This document shows positions 1 through 8,753 of a stretch of DNA of 64,000 nt, piece by piece (the stretch's first letter is position 1; each line of letters starts with the position of its first letter). Position numbers and translations under genes: made by a program. The notes below the pieces were generated by a model. That model was not told where the DNA came from, ran no database searches, and saw only the letters and a list, made by a program, of their open reading frames with translations. Source of the DNA: an uncultured Bifidobacteriaceae bacterium. Lineage in GTDB: Bacteria; Actinomycetota; Acidimicrobiia; IMCC26256; PALSA-555. Where the stretch lies: assembly GCA_964532485.1 (NCBI GenBank), contig CAZHKE010000005.1, forward strand, positions 9,359 to 73,358, in the 5' to 3' direction.

Positions 1-326
1 GAGCCGGCGTCGGGACCTTCTACTCGTCGGTCACGACCACGGCGGTGACGGCGCTCGATCCGTCGCGGTCGAGCCTGGCGGGCGGGATCGTCTACATGTG
101 CCAGATCGGCGGCGGCGCCATCGGGCTCGGGCTCAACACCGCGATCGTGGCGTCCGCGTCCTCGCTCACCGGAGGGATCCAGGTCGCCTTCGCCATCGAC
201 GGCGTCCTGGCCCTGATCGGGCTCGGCATCATGCTCATCGTCGTGCCCGCTCGCGAGCGCTCGACCACCGCCACGCCCACGCGCGTTGCGCCACACCTCC
301 GGCATCGTCACCGCGCCAACGCTTGA
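1..326 (+). CDS. MFS-type transporter, C-terminal fragment (5' end lies upstream of window)
   Basis: Frame is open from the window edge (same frame as ORF 45..326). Hydrophobic helices GGIVYMCQIGGGAIGLGLNTAIV and AFAIDGVLALIGLGIMLIVV resemble the last TM helices of drug/H+ antiporter MFS proteins. Family call by eye only. Confidence 0.6.
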   Translation, partial: AGVGTFYSSVTTTAVTALDPSRSSLAGGIVYMCQIGGGAIGLGLNTAIVASASSLTGGIQVAFAIDGVLALIGLGIMLIVVPARERSTTATPTRVAPHLRHRHRANA

Positions 327-355
327 GCGAGTCGCGCCCCGTTAGCATCGCCAGC

Positions 356-1192
356 ATGCCTGACTTCGAGACGCTCCTCTACGAGGAGGTCGACGGTGTC
401 GCCTGGGTGACGCTCAACCGACCCGACGTCCTCAACGCGTTCAACCTCCAGATGCAGCACGAGCTCAAGTCGCTCTGGCGCGGTCTGCGCGCCAACGACG
501 ACGTGAGCTGCGTCGTGCTCACTGGCGCCGGCGACAAGGCGTTCTGCGTCGGGATCGACCGCCAGGAGACGATGGGCAGCTGGGACGAGTCCGAGGACGT
601 CGGCGAGCGCAGCGCGACAACCGGCGAGCCGGCGGGCAGCATCTGGCACTTCGACGACCCGGGCGAGAACATCGGGCCCAAGACCAACGATCTGTGGAAG
701 CCGGTCATCGCTGCCGTCAACGGCATGGCGTGCGGTGGCGCGTACTACATGCTCGGCGAGGTCGAGTTCATCATCGCCGCCGACCACGCGACGTTCTTCG
801 ACCCGCACGTCACGTTCGGCATGACGGCGTGCTTCGAGTCGATGCACATGCTCCAGAAGATGCCGTTCCACGAGATCATGCGCGGCGCGCTGCTCGGGTC
901 GAGCGAGCGGATGTCGGCCGAGCGCGCCTACCAGATCGGGCTCGTGTCCGAAGTCGTGCCGCTCGGGGGGCTGCACGACGCCGCGGCCTGGGCCGCGGGG
1001 GAGATCGCCGCGTCGCCGCCGATCGCCGTCCAGGGCACGGTGCGGTCGCTCTGGGCGGCGCAGGAGATGCCGCGCGCGCACGCCCTCGACATGGGCAAGG
1101 TGATCATCCGCGCCGGCAGCGACCGCGACTCGCTCTATGCCGGGCAGCAGCGGTTCGCCAGCGGCGAGCGCAAGAAGCCCCGTGTGCGGTAG
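356..1192 (+). CDS. enoyl-CoA hydratase/isomerase (crotonase) family protein
   Basis: Internal ATG at 356 of ORF 98..1192; the upstream part is Arg-rich junk. Crotonase signatures: VAWVTLNRPDVLNAF, VLTGAGDKAFCVGID, KPVIAAVNGMACGG. Confidence 0.9.
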   Translation: MPDFETLLYEEVDGVAWVTLNRPDVLNAFNLQMQHELKSLWRGLRANDDVSCVVLTGAGDKAFCVGIDRQETMGSWDESEDVGERSATTGEPAGSIWHFDDPGENIGPKTNDLWKPVIAAVNGMACGGAYYMLGEVEFIIAADHATFFDPHVTFGMTACFESMHMLQKMPFHEIMRGALLGSSERMSAERAYQIGLVSEVVPLGGLHDAAAWAAGEIAASPPIAVQGTVRSLWAAQEMPRAHALDMGKVIIRAGSDRDSLYAGQQRFASGERKKPRVR

Positions 1193-1211
1193 CAGCTCGA
1201 GGCCTCGAAGG

Positions 1212-2009
1212 TCACTGCCGGAGCAGCGACAGCAGCCGGAGGATCTCCAAGTAGAGCCACACGAGCGTCACCATCAGACCGAACGCTCCGTACCACTCCA
1301 TGAACTTCGGTGACCCGGCGACCGACGCCCGCCGGATGAACTCGTAGTCGAGGAACAGGTTCAGCGCCGCAACCGCGCAGATGACGACGCTGATGCCGAT
1401 CCCGAGCGGGGTCGGGTCGTTCCAGAACGTGATGTCGGCTCCGAACAACGTCGCGATCCACGTGATCGCGTACATCACGAAGATGCCGAACGTCGCGCCG
1501 ACCACGACGGCGATGAACTTGTTGCTGACCTTCACCGCGCCGGTCACGTAGAGGATGAGCGTCACGAAGAAAACCGCGACCGTCGCGAGCACCGCCTGTA
1601 GCACGATGCCGTCCCAGTACGTCTCGAAGACCTTCGAGATGACGCCGAGGAAGACACCCTCGAGCACCGCGTAGACGGGCGCGAGGAACGGCGTTGCCTT
1701 TGGCACGAAGGCGCAGACCATCGCGACCGCGAACGCGGCGATCAGCACGACCCACGACCAGCCCGGGAAGTCGATCTGGTTCGGGCCCGATGCTTCGACC
1801 TGGCTCCAGCCGAACGCACCACCTGCCAGCACGAGCAGGAACAGCGCGAACGCACGCGCGAACGTCCCGTTGGCGGTCATCACGCGCTCGGCGCGTGCTG
1901 CTGTCGGCGGTGCCTGCCCTGTCATCACCGCGTCCGGTGCGGCCCAGCCGGGCGAGCCTTCGTCGAGCGCTCGCTCGAAGCCCTTCTCGCTCAGGACCGG
2001 GTTGGCCAT
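1212..2009 (-). CDS. Bax inhibitor-1/YccA family membrane protein
   Basis: 265 aa with a soluble Pro/Ala-rich N-terminus followed by about 7 hydrophobic helices. The C-terminal region LNLFLDYEFIRR...LVWLYLEILRLL is typical of the BI-1/YccA family. Confidence 0.8.
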   Translation of the reverse strand: MANPVLSEKGFERALDEGSPGWAAPDAVMTGQAPPTAARAERVMTANGTFARAFALFLLVLAGGAFGWSQVEASGPNQIDFPGWSWVVLIAAFAVAMVCAFVPKATPFLAPVYAVLEGVFLGVISKVFETYWDGIVLQAVLATVAVFFVTLILYVTGAVKVSNKFIAVVVGATFGIFVMYAITWIATLFGADITFWNDPTPLGIGISVVICAVAALNLFLDYEFIRRASVAGSPKFMEWYGAFGLMVTLVWLYLEILRLLSLLRQ

Positions 2010-2094
2010 CGTCGACTCCTCTCGGACCCGGGTACGCCCGGCAGGCTAGGTCGGTGGCGCCGAGGTCCGGGAACGGCCGCGACGAGCGCAGGCG

Positions 2095-2472
2095 TCAGAT
2101 CAGCCGAGCCTTCGCCTGCTCGAACTCCGCGTCGCTCAGCTTGCCGGAGTCGTGGAGCGCGGAGAGCTTCTGGAGCTCGTCGCCCACGTTCACACCGAGC
2201 TGCTTGCGCGCCGACGCCATGTCGTCCTTGGCCCACTTCTCGTGGTCCTCGGCCCAGCTGTGGCCCCGGGAGATGAGGTAGATGAGGATCCCGAGGAACG
2301 GCAGCAGGATGATCACGATCACCCAGGCGGCCTTGGCCCAGCCGTTCAGCTTGCGGCGGAACAGGTCGGCGAAGACGGTGATCAGCAGCCAGAAGAAGAT
2401 GACCAGGAAGAAGATGTAGAGGATCGAGACGAGGAGCTCACCGAAGCTCACGTCTGCCAGCACTGCGTTCAA
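2095..2472 (-). CDS. small membrane protein with PLDc_N-like N-terminus and SHOCT-like C-terminus
   Basis: Two TM helices (FFWLLITVFADLFRR, AAWVIVIILLPFLGILIYLISRG) as in PLD-nuclease-N-terminal domain proteins. C-terminal LQKLSALHDSGKLSDAEFEQAKARLI matches the SHOCT short oligomerisation motif. Confidence 0.8.
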   Translation of the reverse strand: MNAVLADVSFGELLVSILYIFFLVIFFWLLITVFADLFRRKLNGWAKAAWVIVIILLPFLGILIYLISRGHSWAEDHEKWAKDDMASARKQLGVNVGDELQKLSALHDSGKLSDAEFEQAKARLI

Positions 2473-2550
2473 GATGCATCCTTTCGAAGCGTCGACGCTG
2501 AGACTAGGCGGTCATCCCGCGACTCGGCGGAGTCGGGCGACATCGCCGCA

Positions 2551-3171
2551 TCATCGCATCCCGACGCGGAGGCTGACGCTGATGCGCGGCCCGCACGCCG
2601 CCACCTTCGGGACGCCGTGCTCCCAGTCGCAGTGGGTGCGTCCCCGCATGACGAGCAGGTCGCCCGAGCCGGGTCGCACGTCGGTGGACGGGCCCCCACC
2701 GAAGGGCCGGAGGAGGAACGGGCGCAGGGCGCCCAGCGTGAGGATCGCGATGAGGCACCGGCCCTCGTGTCGAAGCTCGCGGTCGCGGTGGAACGCGACG
2801 CTGTCGTGGCCATCTCGGTAGTAGTTGAGGAACGGGCTGGCGAACCGCGCGTCGTAGCGGCGGTCGAGCGCGGCGTGGACCTCGTCGAGCACCGGATGCG
2901 GCGGCCCGCTCGCGCCGTACGCGCACGTGAGTCGCGGCTCGTCGACCATTCGTTCGTACATCCGGCGTCGCCGGTGACACCACGGCACCGTCGAGACGAG
3001 CTGCTCGAAGAGCGAGTCCGCGCCGGCCAGCCAGCCTCGGCACACGTCGATCCACGACCGGGCGTCGAGCTCGACGCGCTCGAACGCGCGGCCGTGAGCG
3101 AGGCGGGGCTCGCCGTCGCCGAGCAGCGTCCCCTGCAGGACCGTGGCCACGCCGCCAAGGGTATCGAACAT
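2551..3171 (-). CDS. alkB: alpha-ketoglutarate/Fe(II)-dependent dioxygenase AlkB
   Basis: Internal ATG at 3171 of shadow-extended ORF 2551..4395. Motifs: HxD (AFHRDRE), second His (CDWEHGVPK) and RISVSLR (RxxxxxR 2OG-binding), with AlkB-like length of 206 aa. Confidence 0.85.
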   Translation of the reverse strand: MFDTLGGVATVLQGTLLGDGEPRLAHGRAFERVELDARSWIDVCRGWLAGADSLFEQLVSTVPWCHRRRRMYERMVDEPRLTCAYGASGPPHPVLDEVHAALDRRYDARFASPFLNYYRDGHDSVAFHRDRELRHEGRCLIAILTLGALRPFLLRPFGGGPSTDVRPGSGDLLVMRGRTHCDWEHGVPKVAACGPRISVSLRVGMR

Positions 3172-3228
3172 GTGTTCGGCTCGGCGAGCGTCACGTCGCC
3201 GAGGGCCCGGTGTCGTCCCGGTTGATGG

Positions 3229-3244
3229 TCGAACATACGTTCGA
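3229..3244. promoter_or_regulatory. LexA SOS box (TCGAAC-N4-GTTCGA)
   Basis: TCGAACATACGTTCGA matches both arms of the mycobacterial/actinobacterial SOS-box consensus perfectly. It lies in the divergent region between alkB (start 3171, minus) and the DUF222-HNH gene (start 3329, plus). Confidence 0.7.
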
Positions 3245-3328
3245 TAGCGTGAGCGGCAGCACTTCCCCCGTGTCGAGCCGTCGGTCCGGTCTCCGGCCGG
3301 GCCACGAGCTCCGGGAGGGAGGTGTCTG

Positions 3329-4438
3329 ATGGGCGAGACGCTCGACGAGCTGCGGACGTGGCCGAACGAGCGGCTGCTGGCTGCCCGTGATGCCGCGGTC
3401 GTGGCTGAGCGGCGCGCTCGGCTGGCGCGCATGGACATCGACCGGGTCCTCGACGAGCGGGGCGCGACGGGCGGACGCGACGCGAGCGAGTGGGTGCAAG
3501 CCCGCGACCAGGTCTCCCCGCAGACCGCGCGCGGCGAGGTCGAGGTGTCCCGGGCCCTGGAGTCGCTCCCGGCGATTCGAGCCTCGGCCGAGGACGGGAA
3601 GCTCTCGATGGACCAGCTCGAGTCGGTGGTCCAGCTGGCGACCCCCGAGACGGATGCCGAGTGGGCCACGCGCGCGGAGCGCACCGCGCCGAGCGAGCTG
3701 CACCGACTGGTGCGCAAGCAGCGGGTGGTGACGCCGGCGGAGATGCAGGCCCGGAGAGACGCGCGGGCGTTGCGGTGGTGGCGCACGGCCGACGGCTCGG
3801 GGCTTCGCCTCTCGGGGGAGATCTTCGACGTCGACGCCGCGTTCGTGGAGGCGGTGTTCGAGCACGAGATCGAGACCATGAAGCCGGCCAAGGGTCGGCC
3901 CTGGGCGCCGCGGGGCCGCCGGGGCGCGGATGCGCTGACCGCGATCTGCCGGCGGGCCAGCCGGACGGGTGCGGCCGATGGCGGTACGAAGCGGGCCTGG
4001 CGCCCGGCCGTGGTCGTGCACGTGGGCTCCGACGCCCAGCCCACCGTCAACGGGATGCCGATCGCAGTGGAGACCGTCGGGCAGCTCATCGGCGATGGTG
4101 CGCGGGTGCGGGAGGTCCGCGATGACGACACCCTTGCCCCGACGAGTGGCGATCGGATTCCCGCCAAGCTGCGTGAGTACCTGAAGGGCCGCGACGCGAC
4201 CTGCCGGGCGCCGGGATGTGGGCGTGCGTTCGGCCTCGACGCGCACCATCTGGTGCCGCGCTGTCGCGGCGGGCGCACCGACAAGCACAACGTCGTGCTC
4301 GTGTGCACCAGCCACCACCGCAACCTCGTCCCCCACGGGCCGTGGGTCCTCGACGGCGACCCCGAACGACTCGACGGCCTCATCCTGGAGCGCACCGACG
4401 ACCACAGCGCCCACGCCCGGGCCGGGCCCGCGGCATGA
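3329..4438 (+). CDS. DUF222-type HNH endonuclease (13E12-repeat-like)
   Basis: C-terminal HNH signature CRAPGCGR...DAHHLVPRCRGGRTDKHNVVLVCTSHHRNL. The N-terminal 250 aa resemble the actinobacterial DUF222 region. GGAGG Shine-Dalgarno sequence upstream of the ATG. Confidence 0.9.
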   Translation: MGETLDELRTWPNERLLAARDAAVVAERRARLARMDIDRVLDERGATGGRDASEWVQARDQVSPQTARGEVEVSRALESLPAIRASAEDGKLSMDQLESVVQLATPETDAEWATRAERTAPSELHRLVRKQRVVTPAEMQARRDARALRWWRTADGSGLRLSGEIFDVDAAFVEAVFEHEIETMKPAKGRPWAPRGRRGADALTAICRRASRTGAADGGTKRAWRPAVVVHVGSDAQPTVNGMPIAVETVGQLIGDGARVREVRDDDTLAPTSGDRIPAKLREYLKGRDATCRAPGCGRAFGLDAHHLVPRCRGGRTDKHNVVLVCTSHHRNLVPHGPWVLDGDPERLDGLILERTDDHSAHARAGPAA

Positions 4439-4452
4439 GCCGAATCGCGCGT

Positions 4453-4480
4453 GATGGTCGCCGATGGTCGCCGATGGTCG
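4453..4480. repeat. 10-bp tandem repeat GATGGTCGCC x2.8
   Basis: gatggtcgcc gatggtcgcc gatggtcg read directly. It lies in the convergent intergenic region between the HNH gene stop (4438) and the K+ channel gene stop (4504). Confidence 0.9.
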
Positions 4481-4503
4481 TCAGCGACGCACTGCGCCCC
4501 AGG

Positions 4504-5256
4504 TCAGCTCGTGGCTCCGTCGGTGTCGGCACCCTCGGGCGAGCCGGGGGCGCGGTCTGGGACCGTGGCGTCGCCGATCGGCGCCTTCCGTCGGAAGCCG
4601 AAGCTCGCGACGAGCGAGGCGACGATCGTGACGAGGAACACCTGGCCGATGAGCGCCTCGAGCGTGACGAGCGCCTTGCCGACCGCCGTCAGCGGCGTCA
4701 GATCGCCGAACCCGGTCGTGGTGAGGACGATGAAGCTGAAGTAGAGGTAGTCGATGCGCTCGTACGGGCCCGACTGCGCGAAGAAGTTCTCGGAGCCGAC
4801 CTGCTGGAGCAGCGCGTAGATCGCACCGAAGGCGATGCCGATCAACAGGTACGAGCAGATCGCACCGAGGATCGTCTCGAGGTCGACGGAGGGGTGCCGC
4901 AGGATCCGAGCCAGGATCACGATCGGTGAGGCGATGAGGAAGCCGATCCAGAGCGAGGTGAGCCCGGTGACGCCCTCGCTGTCGGCGATCGCCTGCACGA
5001 TGTTGATCGAGACGGTGATCGCCGCCAGCACGCAGGTGACGCGCATCCACCGGCCGCGCACGTGCGAGGTGTGCAGCGTCAGGAGCAGCACGCCGGCGAA
5101 CGCCACCGCGAGCGCGACCTTGGCCCAATGCGACTCCCCCACGAACGCGAACAGGAAGTACGTCGCGACGATGAGGATGAGCAGCAGCCCGTAGGTGTCC
5201 CCCTCCTCGAGGCGCTCGCGGAAGCTCCGTCGCGGCTTGGCGGTCTTCGCTCCCAC
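4504..5256 (-). CDS. potassium channel family protein
   Basis: Pore-helix/selectivity-filter-like YLYFSFIVLTTTGFGDLTP flanked by TM helices, with additional N-terminal helices. Confidence 0.85.
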   Translation of the reverse strand: MGAKTAKPRRSFRERLEEGDTYGLLLILIVATYFLFAFVGESHWAKVALAVAFAGVLLLTLHTSHVRGRWMRVTCVLAAITVSINIVQAIADSEGVTGLTSLWIGFLIASPIVILARILRHPSVDLETILGAICSYLLIGIAFGAIYALLQQVGSENFFAQSGPYERIDYLYFSFIVLTTTGFGDLTPLTAVGKALVTLEALIGQVFLVTIVASLVASFGFRRKAPIGDATVPDRAPGSPEGADTDGATS

Positions 5257-5259
5257 CTG

Positions 5260-6552
5260 TCAGTCGGACCGCTTCGACGTCGACGCCTTCATCGGGGCTT
5301 GACGAGCGGGCGTCGACGAGCCCGGTCCGTCGCCGTCGCCGCCCTGGGGGACACCCCGGGCGAGGAACTCCACGAGCAGCAGCAACAGCACGACGATCAG
5401 CGCGATGACGAGCACCGCGAGCGGCGTGACTCGGTCGAGCACCACGAGGATGACCAGCGCGACCCCGATGACGGCGACGCGCAGCGGGTTGCGATAGCGC
5501 GCCACGAAGCGGCCGAGCGACGACGGCTCCACTGCCGACGCTCCCCGGCCTTCGGCCAGGCCCTTGAACCCGTCGCGGATCCTGGTCGCGGTGCGGCCCG
5601 GTCCGGCGAGCCACGCACCGATCGCGACGACCACCCCGACCGCGAAGGCCGTGCGCGCCGAGAGCCTGAGGAACTCGAGGATCTGGTTGTAGGCCGCTTC
5701 GGCCGCGTCACGGTTCGCGCCGTTCGTGACCGCGTCGAGGTAGAAGGTCCGGCCCACGTTGAAGAGGACGAGCACGAGCGCCATCCCGACCGCGATCCAG
5801 ATGCCGGTGCGCAGGATCGTCCGGCGGCGGTTCGGCGAGACCGCGATCGCGATCGCGAGGAGGACGACGAGGAGGATCGGCAGCCAGAGGGCGACGTCGT
5901 CGAGCAGGCTGACTCCGCCCTGGACCTTGGTGAGATCCTCCGACTGGAACAGCACGAGCTGGTTGTTGACCCGCTCCCCGCCGCTGTCGCTGAAGACGTC
6001 GACCCCGAGCTTCGAGAGCTCCTTGCGAACGGTCTCGACGACCGGGCCGAGCCGGACCACGACCTCCCCGTTCTTGGTGGAGACGCGGTCGCCTCCCTCG
6101 CCGGTGAGCACGGCGACGACCTGCGTGTGGGCGAGGCGGTTCGCGTCGTCCCAGAGCTGCTGGAAGCGGTCCGACTCCATGAGACGCAGGGTGGCGTCCC
6201 GAGCGAAGTTCTCGATGCCCTTCGCCACGAACGGCGCGACGAACGCAGCCTTCTCGGGCAGCGCATCCTTGATCTGACCCTCGAGGTCGACGTTCGTCTG
6301 CAGGGTCTGCACGACCTGGTTGGCCACCGCGTCCTGGATCGCGGAGTCCTGCGCGAGCGGACCGACCGTGTCGACGTACTGGTCGGTGTTCAGCAGCGTG
6401 TTGCGCGTCCAGACCGCGAGGAGCGACACCGGTGCGAGCACGCACACGATCACCACGAGCACCCCGCACGTGATCCGGCGCCATCGTGGGACCGAGCTCG
6501 TGCCGGTGTCGGTCCGGGTGGCGTCTGCAGCGGTGCTCGTCATGGCGCGCAT
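5260..6552 (-). CDS. hypothetical integral membrane protein
   Basis: 430 aa: one N-terminal TM, an extracytoplasmic domain of about 190 aa, then several strongly hydrophobic helices. Codon usage is typical of the core genome, and the stop is 3 nt from the channel gene start. No family recognised. Confidence 0.6.
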   Translation of the reverse strand: MRAMTSTAADATRTDTGTSSVPRWRRITCGVLVVIVCVLAPVSLLAVWTRNTLLNTDQYVDTVGPLAQDSAIQDAVANQVVQTLQTNVDLEGQIKDALPEKAAFVAPFVAKGIENFARDATLRLMESDRFQQLWDDANRLAHTQVVAVLTGEGGDRVSTKNGEVVVRLGPVVETVRKELSKLGVDVFSDSGGERVNNQLVLFQSEDLTKVQGGVSLLDDVALWLPILLVVLLAIAIAVSPNRRRTILRTGIWIAVGMALVLVLFNVGRTFYLDAVTNGANRDAAEAAYNQILEFLRLSARTAFAVGVVVAIGAWLAGPGRTATRIRDGFKGLAEGRGASAVEPSSLGRFVARYRNPLRVAVIGVALVILVVLDRVTPLAVLVIALIVVLLLLLVEFLARGVPQGGDGDGPGSSTPARQAPMKASTSKRSD

Positions 6553-6602
6553 CCTGACATAGGCGCAGGACCGATGCCGAGATCACGTGCCAGACTCCGC
6601 GC

Positions 6603-7691
6603 GTGCCGACACCGGTGATTCCGCTCGACGTCGCCGACGCAACGCCGGCCTGGCTCTCCGGAGCGCTCGGGCGCGAGGTGGCGGGCGTCGACGTGCTCGC
6701 CGCCCACTCCGGGACGACGGGTCGCGCGCGTCTCGGGCTGCGGTACGGCGACGGCTCGGTGGTGGGCGCCACCTCGGATGCACCGGCGTCGGTGTTCCTG
6801 AAGCTCGCGCCGTTCGACGAGCGTCAGCGCAGCTTCGTCGACATGGTCGGGCTCGGCGTTGCCGAAGCGCGCTTCTACGGCGAGGTTGCCGCGACCGTCC
6901 CCGTGCGGGTCCCCGACGTCTACTGCGCTCGCATCGACGATGCGGGCGGCTACGTCATGCTGCTCGAGGACCTCGAGGCGTCGGGGTGCCGGTTCCCGAG
7001 CACGCACGACGAGGGCATCGCCGACACGATCGCCTCGGTGGTGGACGGGCTCGGCCGGCTGCACGTCCAGCACTGGGGCGACCCACGTCTCGAGGACGGC
7101 GGCGACCTCTCGTGGGTGCGCGACGGGTACCGCGTGGCCTTCGGCTCGGGCGCGAGGTTCGTCGAGAGGGCGCTCACGGCGTTCGGTGACCAGATGTCGC
7201 CGACGTTTCGCAGGCTCGCGGAGATCACGATCGACCGGCCGGCCGACGTCGCCGCGCTCCTCGCCGCCGGTCCGCCGACGATGATCCACGGCGACCCCCA
7301 TCTCGGGAACCTGTTCCTCGACGACGGCGAAGCGGGCTTCTTCGACTGGGGCATGGTGTGGCGCGCGACGGGCATGCGCGACATCGCGTACGTCCTCGGC
7401 AGCTCCGCGCCCACCGAAGTACGGCGCGCCCACGAGCGCGAGTGGGTGCGCCAGTACGTGGAGCTCCTGGCAGCGAGCGGCATCGAGCTGTCGCTCGACG
7501 ACGCGTGGGAGCAGTACCGACTGCTGGTGATCTACTCGTGGAACTCCGCGACGTCGACCGCGGCGATGGGGAGCCGCTGGCAGGCCGTCGACGTCGGCCG
7601 CGGCGGCATGGCCCGCGCGACGACGTCGGTCGAGGACCTCGAGAGCGTCGAGCTGCTGGAGTGCCTGCTCGAACGGGGCTCGCTCGGCTAG
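6603..7691 (+). CDS. phosphotransferase (APH/choline-kinase-like) family protein
   Basis: Catalytic-loop/metal-binding region IHGDPHLGNLFLDDGEAGFFDWG is typical of aminoglycoside-phosphotransferase-fold kinases. Confidence 0.8.
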   Translation: MPTPVIPLDVADATPAWLSGALGREVAGVDVLAAHSGTTGRARLGLRYGDGSVVGATSDAPASVFLKLAPFDERQRSFVDMVGLGVAEARFYGEVAATVPVRVPDVYCARIDDAGGYVMLLEDLEASGCRFPSTHDEGIADTIASVVDGLGRLHVQHWGDPRLEDGGDLSWVRDGYRVAFGSGARFVERALTAFGDQMSPTFRRLAEITIDRPADVAALLAAGPPTMIHGDPHLGNLFLDDGEAGFFDWGMVWRATGMRDIAYVLGSSAPTEVRRAHEREWVRQYVELLAASGIELSLDDAWEQYRLLVIYSWNSATSTAAMGSRWQAVDVGRGGMARATTSVEDLESVELLECLLERGSLG

Positions 7692-8728
7692 CGAGCGTGG
7701 AAGTCGTCGGTCACCGCGCGCCAGCGCTCGAGCGTGCCCTCGTCGAACTGCCAGCTGCCGGTGGCGTCGTACATCACGACGCGGTCGGCGACGCCCTCGT
7801 ACTTGTCGTGCAGCGCGTCGGCGAGCCCGTCCCACGTCGTCTCGAGGCTGTAGACCTCGAGCATCTCGTCGGTGATCGTGGCGGCCATCCCCGCGAGGTC
7901 GCCGCTTCGCTGGAGCTCGTGCAGGCGATCCGACGTGCCCTCCCAGCCGTGCAGCTCGAAGACGCCCGAGTACGTGCGGGTCGAGCCGTAGAACGCGATC
8001 CGCAGCCGCGTCTCGTCGCGCGCCTTGGCGCGCTCCGCATCGGTGTCGCCGATGATCGCCATCACCGGGCAGACGATCGAGAGGTCGCCGGGATCGCGGC
8101 CTGCCCTCTTCGCGCCTTCGCGCGCCGCGGGGAGCACGACCTCCTCGAGGTAGCGCATCGAGTGGAACGGGTGCACGTGGATCCCGTCGGCGACCTCACC
8201 TGCCATGCGCGCGGACCACGGCCGCACGGCGGCGACGTACACGGGCACCTCCGGGTGCTCGATCGGGCCCGGGCTCCACATCGCGGGCAGCAGATCGAAC
8301 GACCAGTAGTCGCCGTGGAAGTCGAGCCGCTCGGTGCCCTGGAAGGCAGCGAAGATCGCGCGCAGCGCGAGCACGTACTCACGAAGGCGCGACCCGGGAT
8401 GGTCGAACGTCACGGAGTACCGACGCTCGTTGTGTGCCTTCACCTGTGTCCCGAGCCCGAGCACGAACTTCCCGCCGGTCAGGTCGGCGAGCTCCCACGC
8501 GATCTGGGCCGTCACCATCGGGCTGCGGGGGAACGCGAGCGCCACCGCGGTGCCGATGTCGAGGCGCGGCGCGGCGAGCGCGGCCGCAGTGCAGCCGGTG
8601 TACGCCACTCGTCCGCTCTCCGTGAACCAGAGACCGTCGAAGCCGCAGTCGTCGACCTCGCGGGCGAGGTCGCTGACCTCGCGCAGGGGCCGCCCCATGG
8701 CGATGGCGTCGATCGTGAGCCCGCTCAT
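7688..8728 (-). CDS. luciferase-like monooxygenase (LLM) family oxidoreductase, probably F420-dependent
   Basis: TIM-barrel LLM pattern: DDCGFDGLWFTE, FVLGLGTQVKAHNERRYS, PVYVAAVRP. The stop overlaps the stop of the convergent upstream gene by 4 nt. Confidence 0.8.
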   Translation of the reverse strand: MSGLTIDAIAMGRPLREVSDLAREVDDCGFDGLWFTESGRVAYTGCTAAALAAPRLDIGTAVALAFPRSPMVTAQIAWELADLTGGKFVLGLGTQVKAHNERRYSVTFDHPGSRLREYVLALRAIFAAFQGTERLDFHGDYWSFDLLPAMWSPGPIEHPEVPVYVAAVRPWSARMAGEVADGIHVHPFHSMRYLEEVVLPAAREGAKRAGRDPGDLSIVCPVMAIIGDTDAERAKARDETRLRIAFYGSTRTYSGVFELHGWEGTSDRLHELQRSGDLAGMAATITDEMLEVYSLETTWDGLADALHDKYEGVADRVVMYDATGSWQFDEGTLERWRAVTDDFHAR

Positions 8729-8753
8729 GGTCGCCGCTCGGCGACGGGATGGG

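Noticed and set aside
2152-4414. Several long overlapping ORFs (2152..3225 +, 2469..3305 -, 3191..4414 -, and the 614-aa extension of 2551..4395 -)
   Set aside because: Only the AlkB-like C-terminal 206 aa (2551..3171) and the plus-strand HNH gene (3329..4438) show protein-like composition and motifs. The rest are shadow frames.
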